Part shown: piece by piece, positions 8,678-18,711 of the stretch
Layout of the letters: every line of letters begins with the position of its first letter
Position numbering within the stretch: position 1 is the first letter of the stretch
Program-made: the position numbers and the translations under genes
Assembly (NCBI GenBank): GCA_021160725.1
Contig: JAGHCA010000005.1
Span: 1 to 44,193 of the forward strand
DNA length: 44,193 bases
Direction of reading: 5' to 3'
Source: Dehalococcoidia bacterium
GTDB taxonomy: Bacteria; Chloroflexota; Dehalococcoidia; GIF9; AB-539-J10
Notes under the pieces: model-generated
Seen by the model: only the letters and a program-made list of their open reading frames with translations
What the model was told of the DNA's origin: nothing
Database searches by the model: none

Positions 8678-9913
8678 TTATCCGGACGGCCTTCTCCATG
8701 TCCGCCTCGCCACAACCCTAGCACCCCATAAAATCAATACTGTGGCTAATGCTACTGACACGGCAATCAAAGCAGGATGATATTGCCGTGTTTTGCTTGC
8801 AACGACAATCTGAGATGTCAGCGTTGCTCGCCAATTAGTATCAAGGCCTTCTATATCAAAACCGTAAACCTCGGTCAAAGCTTCATCATAAGTAGCACCT
8901 TCTTTTAAAAGAGTCAACAAATCGAGCATCCTGTACTGTCCGTAATTATCCAGGAGATACTCTACAAGGCTATAGCTCTGAGCATAGGAGAGTAAAGCTT
9001 TCTCACGCTCGGCAGAAAATGGGCTACACAAACTGCGCACAGAAATAAGCTCATCTTCCTGTACGGCTTCTTCCAGTCGGGCGCGATATTGAGGATCAAG
9101 TTCACCCTCATTATACATAGCTAACCCTTCGTCAAGCCAGAGAGGAAGCTGCCCGTAGGGACTGAAAGTTGCCTGATGAACAACGAGATGTGTTAACTCG
9201 TGAACCAGTGCCCTCTTGCCCCAATCAAGTTCGCTCGGTGGAATACCAATAGCAATTGTACTAAATGCAGTAAAGGCAACTCCGCCAGTCCATTCTTGAG
9301 GAAAAATCATGGCTTCCTGTAAATCAGTGGTAGAGGCATAGATGTATATTTTTATAGGTCTTTCTGGATAAGTGCCAATGTCCTCAGTCAGTCTGGCAAG
9401 CCCTTCCTCGCAAGTATCCATCAATTCCTGAGCAAAGAAATCACTTCCCTCATACCAGAAAAGAGTCAGCTCGCTACCCTGAGGTATAGTACTGGTCAAG
9501 CTCCGCCAGGAAAAACGGTCGTCGTCGAAGTACATTATCTCGGGGGAGGTCTCAAATCTGTTCCCGTCAACATCCTCAATCATCCACCAATATGTGACTT
9601 CAGCGCCAGGGGGCAAGCTCGCATTCCTCATATCCCATACCCAGTTAGCCTCTATACTGCTTGCTGGAGTAAAATCAGCCCAACCTTCACTGATAACTTC
9701 AGCGTAGTTCATCCTATCCACCTGGTAACAAAGTCGGACATCAATGATATCAGCAGAGCTTTCAGCTTCAAGAGTGAACACAGCGCGGCTGGGAAAATCT
9801 ATCTCCACATCGCTCGCTAGAACTGTGATATCACTATCATCTCCGGCTGCGACGAGGGTGGGGCTTAAAAGCATAAGAAGCACCAAAGTTATTAAGACGA
9901 TGCGTTTAATCAT
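8678..9913 (-). CDS. Secreted, membrane-anchored zinc metallopeptidase (peptidase MA-like)
   Basis: Signal peptide, HELTH zinc motif, WLDEGLA, C-terminal TM helix. Confidence 0.85.
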   Translation of the reverse strand: MIKRIVLITLVLLMLLSPTLVAAGDDSDITVLASDVEIDFPSRAVFTLEAESSADIIDVRLCYQVDRMNYAEVISEGWADFTPASSIEANWVWDMRNASLPPGAEVTYWWMIEDVDGNRFETSPEIMYFDDDRFSWRSLTSTIPQGSELTLFWYEGSDFFAQELMDTCEEGLARLTEDIGTYPERPIKIYIYASTTDLQEAMIFPQEWTGGVAFTAFSTIAIGIPPSELDWGKRALVHELTHLVVHQATFSPYGQLPLWLDEGLAMYNEGELDPQYRARLEEAVQEDELISVRSLCSPFSAEREKALLSYAQSYSLVEYLLDNYGQYRMLDLLTLLKEGATYDEALTEVYGFDIEGLDTNWRATLTSQIVVASKTRQYHPALIAVSVALATVLILWGARVVARRTWRRPSG

Positions 9914-11008
9914 TTCCCTACTTTAGACCGAAGGTATTCAGTGATAAATCCATCCAGTTCTCCATCTAACACAGCTTCGGCATTATGAACCTCGTAATCG
10001 GTGCGGTGGTCCTTCACCATTTTGTAGGGGTGAAGAACATAACTCCTAATTTGATTTCCCCAACCCGCTTCAATGCGCTCGCCTTTTAGCCTGGCTCTTT
10101 CCTCCTCTTTTTTCTCTCGGTCCAGCTCCAGGAGGCGAGAGTAGAGTATTTTCAAAGCAGCTTCCTTGTTTTGGTGCTGAGACCTCTGACTCTGACAAGT
10201 AGCTACTAACCCTGTGGGTAAGTGAGTTACCCTGACAGCGCTGCTTGTCTTCTGCATGTGTTGTCCACCAGGACCACTGGATCTGAAGGTATCTATTCTC
10301 AATTCTTCGGGGTTAATCTTGACATCTTCTGTCTCTTCAGCCTCAGGGAGAACTTCGACCAGGGCAAAAGACGTGTGGCGGGCGTGGTCAGCATCAAAAG
10401 GGGAAAGTCTCACTAACCTGTGCACCCCATGCTCACCTTTGAGAGCACCATAAACACAATCTCCCTTAATCTCTACGATAGCGCTTTTGATACCGGCTTC
10501 TTCTCCGGGGGAGACATCTAGGACTTCAGCTTGATAATCATGCCGCTCCGCCCACCTCAAATACATCCTGAGCAACATGTTTGCCCAATCTTGAGACTCC
10601 GTACCACCGGCACCAGCATGAAGGGCGAGCATGGCATTTCGACTATCGTAATCGCCAGTAAAAAGCTGCCGACTCTCCAACTGTTCAAACCGTGAGTTCA
10701 GCTTTTTTAGCTCCAGTTGTATCTCTTCTTGCAAGGAGTAATCTTCCTCTTCCATAGCCAGGTTAATCATTTCCCGGAGGTCGGCAGCTTTCTTCTCCAG
10801 TTCACGCCAAGCGTTGACCAAACTCTTCTTGCTGCTGAGTTTCCGCATGACAGCCTGAGCTTTAGCCGGGTCACTCCAAAAATCAGGTTGGGCTGATGCT
10901 GCCTCTATCTCGGCAATTTCCTTTTCCTTGCCAGAGATGTCAAAGGTGCACCATGATGTCTGAGATTTGGCGAAGCAATGCTTCCAAATTTTCCTTCTCT
11001 TCTTGCAT
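9910..11008 (-). CDS. prfB: Peptide chain release factor 2 with programmed +1 frameshift (about 365 aa)
   Basis: ATG at 11008, 22 codons, CTT TGA C at 10945-10939; the +1 frame joins the 9910-10848 ORF with SPF and GGQ motifs. Confidence 0.95.
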
Positions 11009-11060
11009 TTATCCCTCCTGCATTCATGATATGGTCAACCATATAAATCTCGGTATGCTT

Positions 11061-11774
11061 TTACCTGTCATCATGATCAAACTCACTCCGATGGGAGTCT
11101 GGCTCGAAGACTAGTCTGCCCGCGGCAGCAAGGTGAGCCAGGCGGGTAGGTTCAGGAAGCCTATAACCCCGGCAGCATTTTATCACCCATTGTAAAGCCG
11201 ATGCTAGGTCAATTCTGTGACCCACGGAGACATACACTGGCTTTACTCTTGTTTTAGTCCTTAACGCTGCTCCAATAAGCTTCCCATTATCAAGTAGTTC
11301 AGCATGAGAGCCAGCTTCTTCTCCGACTGTCTGATGCCGGCCACAAAGGATAGATTTCGCACAGCCTATAGTAGGCAAATCGAGAAAAAGTCCCACATGT
11401 GAGGCAAGCCCGAATCTACGAGGATGAGCGATCCCTTGGCCATCAATCATAATAAGGTCGGGAGCATTACATACTTTTTTACAAGCAGCCAGAATCAATG
11501 GGCTTTCTCTAAAAGACAATAAGCCAGGAATATAAGGAAAGTCAATCTTATCTTCAGCTATCTCCACCTCGACTATGCTGAACTCAGGATAACGGAGAAT
11601 CACCACTGCTCCTCTGGCTACACCCTGAGTATCAGGAGCAGAGATGTCAATACCGGCGACAAGGCGCGGCTTAATAACTCCGTTTTCAGTTACCACCCTT
11701 TTTGCCAGGCTCAATTGTATTTCTCTAGCTTGGGCTGTGCTCACCTCCCACCCGTGTAATGCATACACCCTCAT
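11061..11774 (-). CDS. nfi: Endonuclease V
   Basis: AGIDIS, FPYIPGLLSFRE, DGQGIAHPRRFGLASH, GCAKS, PEPTRLAH; start set at ATG 11774. Confidence 0.95.
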   Translation of the reverse strand: MRVYALHGWEVSTAQAREIQLSLAKRVVTENGVIKPRLVAGIDISAPDTQGVARGAVVILRYPEFSIVEVEIAEDKIDFPYIPGLLSFRESPLILAACKKVCNAPDLIMIDGQGIAHPRRFGLASHVGLFLDLPTIGCAKSILCGRHQTVGEEAGSHAELLDNGKLIGAALRTKTRVKPVYVSVGHRIDLASALQWVIKCCRGYRLPEPTRLAHLAAAGRLVFEPDSHRSEFDHDDR

Positions 11775-11861
11775 GTCTTGAATTATAGAGCATTTCACTT
11801 TGGTAGCAAACTCTGAGGCTGTTGATATGTAAGGAATATGGATACTTACGAGGGTATCTGT

Positions 11862-11890
11862 TTGGCAAGAAAAAACAGTTTTGCTATAAT
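11862..11890 (+). promoter_or_regulatory. Sigma70-type promoter of the ATPase operon
   Basis: TTGGCA-17 bp-TATAAT with an extended -10 TG. Confidence 0.6.
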
Positions 11891-12003
11891 CGCAGATGTA
11901 ATAAAGTCGTTAGTTACCGGAATGATTATCTGCCCGATTGTGGAACAGCTTATGTGCAAACCTTGTCTGGGATCAACCCGGTGAGCTACTGAGGAGATGT
12001 ATT

Positions 12004-12315
12004 ATGCCTGAAAAAATCGCCAGTAGTGTAGAAGTCATCGAGCTCGAAGCTGAAAAGATGCTCGAAGAGGCAAGGACCAGAGCCAACAAAATTCTCCTTG
12101 AAGCCAGAGAAGAGGCTAGGAAAATACTTGCATCCCCGTTGCCTCTCGATGCGGTAAAAGCTGAATATGACAAGATTGTGAGTAGAGCTAGAGCAGAGGC
12201 TGATGAAAAAATCAGGGACTCTGAGAAGAAAGCTGCTGAAATCGGCATCAATGCTGATAAGAAAGCAGGAGAGATTACGGAGCTCATGGTAAATCTTGTT
12301 ACGGGCAAACGTTAA
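12004..12315 (+). CDS. A/V-type ATPase subunit H/G (peripheral stalk)
   Basis: Charged coiled coil EAEKMLEEAR...ILLEAREEA; GAGGAG RBS before ATG 12004; first gene of the operon. Confidence 0.75.
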   Translation: MPEKIASSVEVIELEAEKMLEEARTRANKILLEAREEARKILASPLPLDAVKAEYDKIVSRARAEADEKIRDSEKKAAEIGINADKKAGEITELMVNLVTGKR

Positions 12316-12316
12316 T

Positions 12317-14305
12317 ATGATACCTCTAATAGTCAATACACCGGATCCTATGGCTAAAGTCAGGGTATTGACTACCAAGGACTATTCCACCAAAACCCTC
12401 AAAACTCTGCATACTGCTGGGGTGCTTCATGTTGAAAAAAGTGAGGAACTAAAGCCTGTAGACAAAGAAGCCATTGAAAAGGAACGAGGGGAAGTCGGTG
12501 AATTACTAACAAGCATTAACGATATCTTATCTTACATACCAGAAGGGGAAACAGTATCGCCAACAGAGGATGTGGGGGTTATATATACCAGGCCTCTGAG
12601 TGAAATTGACAGCGAAGTGAGGTTACTGTGTACTAAGCTCAGCAACATGCATCAAAAAGCCGCCAAACTCAGCGAGGAGGTTGAGAAGCTACAAGGACTA
12701 AGCAAGTATCTTAGCTCTCTGGAGCCGCTGGCTGATATTAGATTGAGGGATTTAGATTTTTCTGGAAGTTATCTTTTCTCCCGGGTTTTCATTCTTCCCA
12801 ATGAGGCATATCAACTTCTATACCACGAGATTAAGGATTACCTGCTTGACAGCAATGCTATTACGTTAGAAAACGAAACCATCTTCTATATAATTGCCAG
12901 GGTTAGAGACCAAAAAACTGTCGAGTCTGTGGTTAGGAGTGGCGGTGGCGAGATTCTACAGATACCGGAAGCCGATTTGACGGTTCGTGAATTTCTTGAA
13001 GTGACCGACGGTAATATTCACAGTCTTGAAGGAGAGCTGGCAGAGCTTCATGCCGAGATTGAAAGGAAGACCAGGGAGAATCTAGAAGAGCTCGTTCTTT
13101 TCAGGGAGGCGCTATCAGCAGAAACTGAAAGGTTAGCGGTTTTAGAAAAGGCCTGTGAAGCAAAATATGTCACTTTAATTGAGGGATGGATTCCAGAGAA
13201 TAATATTGAGGATACAATTTCCGAGCTTAAAGAGAACATAGACTTTGTGTTCGTTGATACGAGGAAACCAGAACAAGCAGAAGAACCACCCACCAAATTG
13301 AGGAATATAGGTGCTCTTAAACCGTTCGAAGTCTTGGTCAACATGTTCGGTACACCAAAGTATAGAGAATGGGATCCCACACCGCTAACAGCCTATTCAT
13401 TTGCAGTCTTCTTTGGTCTTATGCTTTGTGATGTTGCCTATGCTATTGGCATTATACTGGCTGCGAGATTTTTAATACGTAAATTTGTTGATGATCCCTA
13501 TTCTGAGGGTTACAGGTTATTCCAGCGAGTGCTTTATATCAGTGGAGGAGTGGCTCTGGTGCTCGGCTTATTGACCGGGAATTACCTCGGCGATGTATAC
13601 TACTTGCTGTTTGGGGTTGACAGCGTATTGCATTTGGGGCCTGTCAGAGAATGGCTTACTGATCCTATTTCTTTCATAATCCTTTCTATTATACTGGGGC
13701 TTATTCATGTAAACACAGCTCATATGATGGCATTGATTGGTGGGGTGATAAAAAGGGACAAAGGCATAGTGGTCAACAAGATTGCACTCTTTACGCTCCA
13801 GATCTTTGGCATCCCTATAATTCTGCTGTGGTTATTCAATATATCGCTGCCGGTAAGCCCAGGCGTGTACACCATATTTTTGTATATTGTGGGAGCCAGT
13901 GTAGTAGCTATAGTAGTGTCATCTTTCATGCAGCGAGGTGGTCTGGGAGCTATCTTCTGGATTTTTGACCTGACCGGTCTTCTTGGCGACGTAATGTCGT
14001 ATGCCAGACTGGCAGGAGTTGGTCTGGCTACATTCTACCTGGCGTCGAGCTTTAATATGCTGGCGAAGTTGTTCTCCGGAATGATACCCGGCGTGATCGG
14101 AGTCATACTAGGAGCTATCCTGGCAATTGTAGTTCTGGTCTTCGGGCATCTTATCAACCTGGCTCTCAGCGGTATCGGTTGTTTCGTACACTCCTTAAGA
14201 TTATGCTTTGTTGAGTTCTTATCCAAGTTTTACGAAGGTGGTGGTGAGGTATATAGTCCGTTCAGATTGAAGACGCGACCTGCACTTATAAAAGGGAAGG
14301 CTTAA
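12317..14305 (+). CDS. A/V-type ATPase subunit I (a)
   Basis: EGWIP, PPTKL, PKYREWDPT, FFGLM, SYARL (essential Arg), HSLRLCFVEFLSKFY. Confidence 0.93.
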   Translation: MIPLIVNTPDPMAKVRVLTTKDYSTKTLKTLHTAGVLHVEKSEELKPVDKEAIEKERGEVGELLTSINDILSYIPEGETVSPTEDVGVIYTRPLSEIDSEVRLLCTKLSNMHQKAAKLSEEVEKLQGLSKYLSSLEPLADIRLRDLDFSGSYLFSRVFILPNEAYQLLYHEIKDYLLDSNAITLENETIFYIIARVRDQKTVESVVRSGGGEILQIPEADLTVREFLEVTDGNIHSLEGELAELHAEIERKTRENLEELVLFREALSAETERLAVLEKACEAKYVTLIEGWIPENNIEDTISELKENIDFVFVDTRKPEQAEEPPTKLRNIGALKPFEVLVNMFGTPKYREWDPTPLTAYSFAVFFGLMLCDVAYAIGIILAARFLIRKFVDDPYSEGYRLFQRVLYISGGVALVLGLLTGNYLGDVYYLLFGVDSVLHLGPVREWLTDPISFIILSIILGLIHVNTAHMMALIGGVIKRDKGIVVNKIALFTLQIFGIPIILLWLFNISLPVSPGVYTIFLYIVGASVVAIVVSSFMQRGGLGAIFWIFDLTGLLGDVMSYARLAGVGLATFYLASSFNMLAKLFSGMIPGVIGVILGAILAIVVLVFGHLINLALSGIGCFVHSLRLCFVEFLSKFYEGGGEVYSPFRLKTRPALIKGKA

Positions 14306-14323
14306 AATAGGAGGTATAAATAA

Positions 14324-14791
14324 ATGATAGATCCAATCGCATTAGCTAGTATTGGTGGGGCAGTGGCGTTGATTGCTGGTTTAGTTGGTTCAGCTATCGG
14401 GATTGCCATTGCTGCATCGGGTGGGCTGGCTACATTATCCGAGGACCCTCGGCAGTTCAGGAATGTGCTGATACTAGCATCATTGCCGATGACGCAGTCC
14501 TTTTACGGGCTAATAGTGCTCATCCTTGTATTAACGAGCGTGCTTCCCAATATACCTGCCGAGGGCAGTGCTGGCACTGTGGCTCTTGGTGTTAGTCTTA
14601 TATCCGCTTTCGCTTTTGGTTTTTCAGCAGTGTATCAGGGTATGGTTTGTGCCTCAGGTATCGCAATGTTACCTAAGACCGGAGGGAAAATACTAACCAG
14701 TTCTATGATGTTGGCAGTCTTTGTTGAGCTGATAGCTGTTCTCGCTCTGGTGTTCACAATAATGGCATTTACCCTGCTTGGTCTTATGTAG
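14324..14791 (+). CDS. A/V-type ATPase subunit K (c), four-TM duplicated proteolipid
   Basis: GSAIG, LPMTQSFYG, YQG, FVELIA; 155 aa. Confidence 0.93.
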   Translation: MIDPIALASIGGAVALIAGLVGSAIGIAIAASGGLATLSEDPRQFRNVLILASLPMTQSFYGLIVLILVLTSVLPNIPAEGSAGTVALGVSLISAFAFGFSAVYQGMVCASGIAMLPKTGGKILTSSMMLAVFVELIAVLALVFTIMAFTLLGLM

Positions 14792-14800
14792 AGGTGCTTT

Positions 14801-15388
14801 ATGGGAATGGATAAGATAAAGGGCGCTATCATCTCCAAGGTCGAGACGGAAGCTAGCGAAATAATAAATGATGCTAAGGAGAAAGCACACGAGGAGATAG
14901 AGAAGGCTAAAAGACAGCGCGAAGCGAAGTTCGAGACAGTGAGAGACAAAATACTAATGGAGGCAGAGGAGGAAGCTGTGAGAATTTTGGCCCGAGCTTC
15001 TATAAAAGCGCGGCAGCAGCTATCGAGTGCGAAAGCTGACACTATTGCCAAAATAATTGATGGGGTGCGGGAGGAATTGTCCCGAATTGCAATCGGTGAA
15101 AGCTACTTTCTAAGCTTGATAAGGGAAGCTGTGGAGGGACTCGGCGTAGATAAAGCCAGGATTTACGTTTCCCCAAAAGATGTAAGCACCGTAAAAAAAC
15201 TTCTTGAAGCGGATAAGGAATTTTCTGGCAAGATATTGGAGGTCAGGGAGTCCAATTGCCTGGGAGGGGTCATAGCTGAGGATGTCGAGGGCAAGCTCAC
15301 AATAGATAATACTTATGAAACCAGGCTAGAAATGCTGCTACCAAGGATATTGCCAGAGATAAGTAAGCAACTCTTTGAATCTCCGTAA
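14801..15388 (+). CDS. A/V-type ATPase subunit E
   Basis: N-terminal coiled coil, LGGVI, IDNTYETRL. Confidence 0.9.
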   Translation: MGMDKIKGAIISKVETEASEIINDAKEKAHEEIEKAKRQREAKFETVRDKILMEAEEEAVRILARASIKARQQLSSAKADTIAKIIDGVREELSRIAIGESYFLSLIREAVEGLGVDKARIYVSPKDVSTVKKLLEADKEFSGKILEVRESNCLGGVIAEDVEGKLTIDNTYETRLEMLLPRILPEISKQLFESP

Positions 15389-15397
15389 AGGAATGCT

Positions 15398-16441
15398 GTG
15401 CCTAGTATAAACTATGCATTTATATCGTCTTACCTGAAGGGGCAAGAAGCCAGGCTGGTGACTTCTGAGCATGTAGATAGCTTGCTAACAACGTCTAGCA
15501 TACAGGATGCCTTGGCAACTGTACGGGAGACCGATGTAGGAAGCTATCTGGAAGAATTGCCTGTTAGGACCTTTGATTATCTAGACGAATGCCTGTGGAA
15601 ATATCTTGCACAACGCTTGGCTTACATAGAGTGGTTCAAGCTCGTGCCGCAGGATGTGATGAAGACATTGAGGGCATATAGAGTGAAGTACGACATCTTC
15701 AATATCAAAGCTGCTTTGGCAGGCATTGTGGCTGCCAAGAGAGCCAAAATGATACCAATGGGGGTAATCCATAACAATGGATTACTTGATGAACTTTTTA
15801 ATGCTGAAAGTGTAGGTGATATCATCCAGCTACTTATCAAGTGCAAACTGGAAGACTATGTACCTATCATGGAGCAATACAAGACATATGAAGGCAAAAA
15901 GTCGAAGCTCCAATTCATCGAGATTGTGACTAAGCTAGACGGTGAGTATTATAAAAACATGCTAAATATGGCAAGAGGAATAAAAGATGGCTCTATCCTT
16001 ACTAAAGCCTTTGGCTTAGTGATAGACCTAACGAACCTGCAAATTATCTCAAGAGCTGTAATTGGAGGTGAGGGGCTCCAGGCTGCCGAATTTACTATTG
16101 CTGGCGGGTACGAAATTGCAGATGACACTATTAGAGAGATACTATCTCTTAAGATATCTGACATGCCCACCAGGCTGGAGAATACTCAATACTCAGATGT
16201 GGCAAAAGAAATATTAATTAGCTATGATAAAACCAGAAGCATCACGGCTGTAGATGAAATTATCGAGAAGCATAAATTCAGAATGCTGAAGGAAGTTTTA
16301 GCACCCAGGGTGCTATCCCCATTAGTGTTGTTCTGGTATTTAATCCTGAAAGAAGTTGAAATACGCAATTTGAGGCTAATTCTAAAAGCAGTAGAAGATG
16401 GTGTTCCTGTTCAGGAAATAAGAGATTATTTGGTGTTGTGA
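15398..16441 (+). CDS. A/V-type ATPase subunit C (d)
   Basis: KYDIFNIK, IDLTNL, LKEVEIRNLRLI; operon position. Confidence 0.88.
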   Translation: MPSINYAFISSYLKGQEARLVTSEHVDSLLTTSSIQDALATVRETDVGSYLEELPVRTFDYLDECLWKYLAQRLAYIEWFKLVPQDVMKTLRAYRVKYDIFNIKAALAGIVAAKRAKMIPMGVIHNNGLLDELFNAESVGDIIQLLIKCKLEDYVPIMEQYKTYEGKKSKLQFIEIVTKLDGEYYKNMLNMARGIKDGSILTKAFGLVIDLTNLQIISRAVIGGEGLQAAEFTIAGGYEIADDTIREILSLKISDMPTRLENTQYSDVAKEILISYDKTRSITAVDEIIEKHKFRMLKEVLAPRVLSPLVLFWYLILKEVEIRNLRLILKAVEDGVPVQEIRDYLVL

Positions 16442-16442
16442 C

Positions 16443-16796
16443 ATGATGCCTATCCGACACTTAGATATAGCTGTCATAGGTGATGAGGAACTGGTCAACG
16501 TACTGAGGTTGGCTGGTATCAGCAAGTATTACATGATAAAAGGCGACCATGAAATCCGTGAAAATGTGAGGAAAGCTCTAGCTGAGTTGCTAGCCGATCC
16601 TGATGCAGGCATAGTAATTATATTGGAGGACTATGCAGAATATGTTAAGGATCTTGTGGCCCAAGTTAAGAAAGGGAAAGGAATCACCCCTGTAATCGTC
16701 GAAGTTCCATCGAAATTTGGCACAAAGTACCCGGATGTTAGGGAATATTACAGAGCACTTATCAGAGAATCTATAGGGTTTGAAGTGGAAATTTGA
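16443..16796 (+). CDS. A/V-type ATPase subunit F
   Basis: IAVIGDEE...RLAGI, PVIVEVP, IRESIG. Confidence 0.92.
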   Translation: MMPIRHLDIAVIGDEELVNVLRLAGISKYYMIKGDHEIRENVRKALAELLADPDAGIVIILEDYAEYVKDLVAQVKKGKGITPVIVEVPSKFGTKYPDVREYYRALIRESIGFEVEI

Positions 16797-16825
16797 AATT
16801 ATATCGAAATTAGGAGGTTGAAGAA

Positions 16826-18571
16826 ATGGGCAAAATATGGAGAGTTTCAGGTCCTTTAGTTATAGCCGATGACATGAAGGGTTCCCAGGTTTATGAAGTT
16901 GTTGAGATAGGTGAAGAGGGACTTGTCGGTGAGATAGTAGGACTGGAAGGAGATAGGGCAATAATTCAAGCCCACGAGGATACACTGGGATTGGAAATAG
17001 GCGAGGTGGTGATAGGAACGGGAAGAATCTTAAGTGTGGAGCTGGGTCCTGGACTCGTGGGTTCTATTTACGACGGACTACAGAAATCTTTGCTTGCCTT
17101 GGGTGAGGATATTGGCCCGTTCATAAAACGAGGTGTCAAAGCCTCAGCACTTCCCCGCGATAAAAAATGGCAGTTTATACCTGAAGTCAGGATAGGGGAT
17201 GCTGTTAGTCAAGGAGATATTATAGGTATAGTTCCTGAGACCAACCTTATAGAGCATAAGATAATGGTGCCGGCAGGGATCAAAGGCACGATAAAGGAGA
17301 TACGCAAAGGTGATTATACTGTGGAAGAGCCTGTAGCGTGGGTGGAACATGATGGGGAAGTAAAAGAGCTGACGATGATGCAAAGGTGGCCGGTAAGAAA
17401 GCCCAGGCCCTACAAGCAAAGGCTCGATCCTTCGGGCTTGCTCACTACCGGCATGCGCATTTTAGATTACATGTTCCCGCTGGCTCTTGGTGGCAAAGCT
17501 TCGATACCCGGAGGCTTTGGTACTGGGAAGACTGTTGCCTTGCAGCAGTTAGCCAGATGGGCACAGACGCATCTCAACATCTACGTTGGCTGTGGCGAAA
17601 GAGGCAACGAGATGGCGGACGTGCTTTATAGCTTTAGGCAACTCAAGGACCCAAACACAGGAAGATTGTTACAAGAGAAAGAGATCTTCTTAGCTAATAC
17701 CTCAAACATGCCCGTTGTGGCCAGAGAAGCAAGTATTTTTGTGGGCATTACTATGGCCGAGTATTTTCGTGATATGGGTTACGACATTTTGTTGGTTGCT
17801 GATTCAACTTCGAGATGGGCTGAGGCTATGAGGGAGATGAGTGGGAGACTTGAGGAAATGCCAGGGGAAGAAGGATTTCCTTCGTATATGGGCTCCCGAC
17901 TTTCATCTTTCTATGAAAGAGCAGGAATGGTTGAATGCGTGGGCAATCCTGAAAGAAAGGGGTCGGTAACAGTAGCCGGTGCTGTGAGTCCTCCTGGAGC
18001 CGATTTCAGTGAACCGGTAACCCAGAACACGCTTAGAATAATAGATGCTTTGTATTCCTTGGATGTTTCGCTGGCAAACAAGAGACATTTCCCAGCTATA
18101 AGCTGGCTCACCAGCTATAGCCTTTATGTAGACGCAGTCAAGGATTGGTGGAATGAGCGAGATCCGGGCTGGGAGAATACCAGAGCCAGTGCCCTGAGAG
18201 TATTGCAGCAGGAGGCTGAACTGGAGGAAATTGTCAGACTCGTAGGTCCCGAAGCTTTGCCCGAAAGTGATAAACTATTGCTTCTTATCGCCAGGATGAT
18301 ACGTGAGGATTTTCTTCAGCAAAGTGCCTACCATGAAGTTGATACCTACTGTGTGCCAGCAAAAGCCGGACTTATGCTTAAAACCATCATGAAGTTTTAT
18401 GAGCTAGCTCAGGAGATGTTAAATTCGGGAGTGGGTATTGAAAGCATCCGCTCATCACCGGTGGTGTACAGAATCTCCAGGATGAAGGATATACCCAACG
18501 AGAACTTTGAACAGAGTGTTGGGGAATTGTGGTCGGAAATGGAACAAATTATGGTGAATCCTAAGCACTAA
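16826..18571 (+). CDS. A/V-type ATPase subunit A (catalytic)
   Basis: GGFGTGKT, CGERGNEM, NTSNMPVVARE, DSTSRWAEA, RHFPAI; no intein. Confidence 0.97.
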   Translation: MGKIWRVSGPLVIADDMKGSQVYEVVEIGEEGLVGEIVGLEGDRAIIQAHEDTLGLEIGEVVIGTGRILSVELGPGLVGSIYDGLQKSLLALGEDIGPFIKRGVKASALPRDKKWQFIPEVRIGDAVSQGDIIGIVPETNLIEHKIMVPAGIKGTIKEIRKGDYTVEEPVAWVEHDGEVKELTMMQRWPVRKPRPYKQRLDPSGLLTTGMRILDYMFPLALGGKASIPGGFGTGKTVALQQLARWAQTHLNIYVGCGERGNEMADVLYSFRQLKDPNTGRLLQEKEIFLANTSNMPVVAREASIFVGITMAEYFRDMGYDILLVADSTSRWAEAMREMSGRLEEMPGEEGFPSYMGSRLSSFYERAGMVECVGNPERKGSVTVAGAVSPPGADFSEPVTQNTLRIIDALYSLDVSLANKRHFPAISWLTSYSLYVDAVKDWWNERDPGWENTRASALRVLQQEAELEEIVRLVGPEALPESDKLLLLIARMIREDFLQQSAYHEVDTYCVPAKAGLMLKTIMKFYELAQEMLNSGVGIESIRSSPVVYRISRMKDIPNENFEQSVGELWSEMEQIMVNPKH

Positions 18572-18692
18572 ATACGAAATCCTAAACAATATCAAAATTC
18601 AAAGCTCGAATGACCAAGACAGAAAGAGAGTTTTGAATTTTGGAATTGGGATTTGGAATTTGTTTAGGATTTAGAGCTTGGATATTGGGATC
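18556..18692. repeat. Family A heptamer palindrome, copy 3 (between subunits A and B)
   Basis: aatcctaagcactaaatacgaaatcctaaacaa...ttgtttaggatttagagcttggata; contains the perfect arm pair aaatcctaaacaa/ttgtttaggattt. Confidence 0.85.
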
Positions 18693-18711
18693 TCTCGAAA
18701 GGAGGGCTCTT

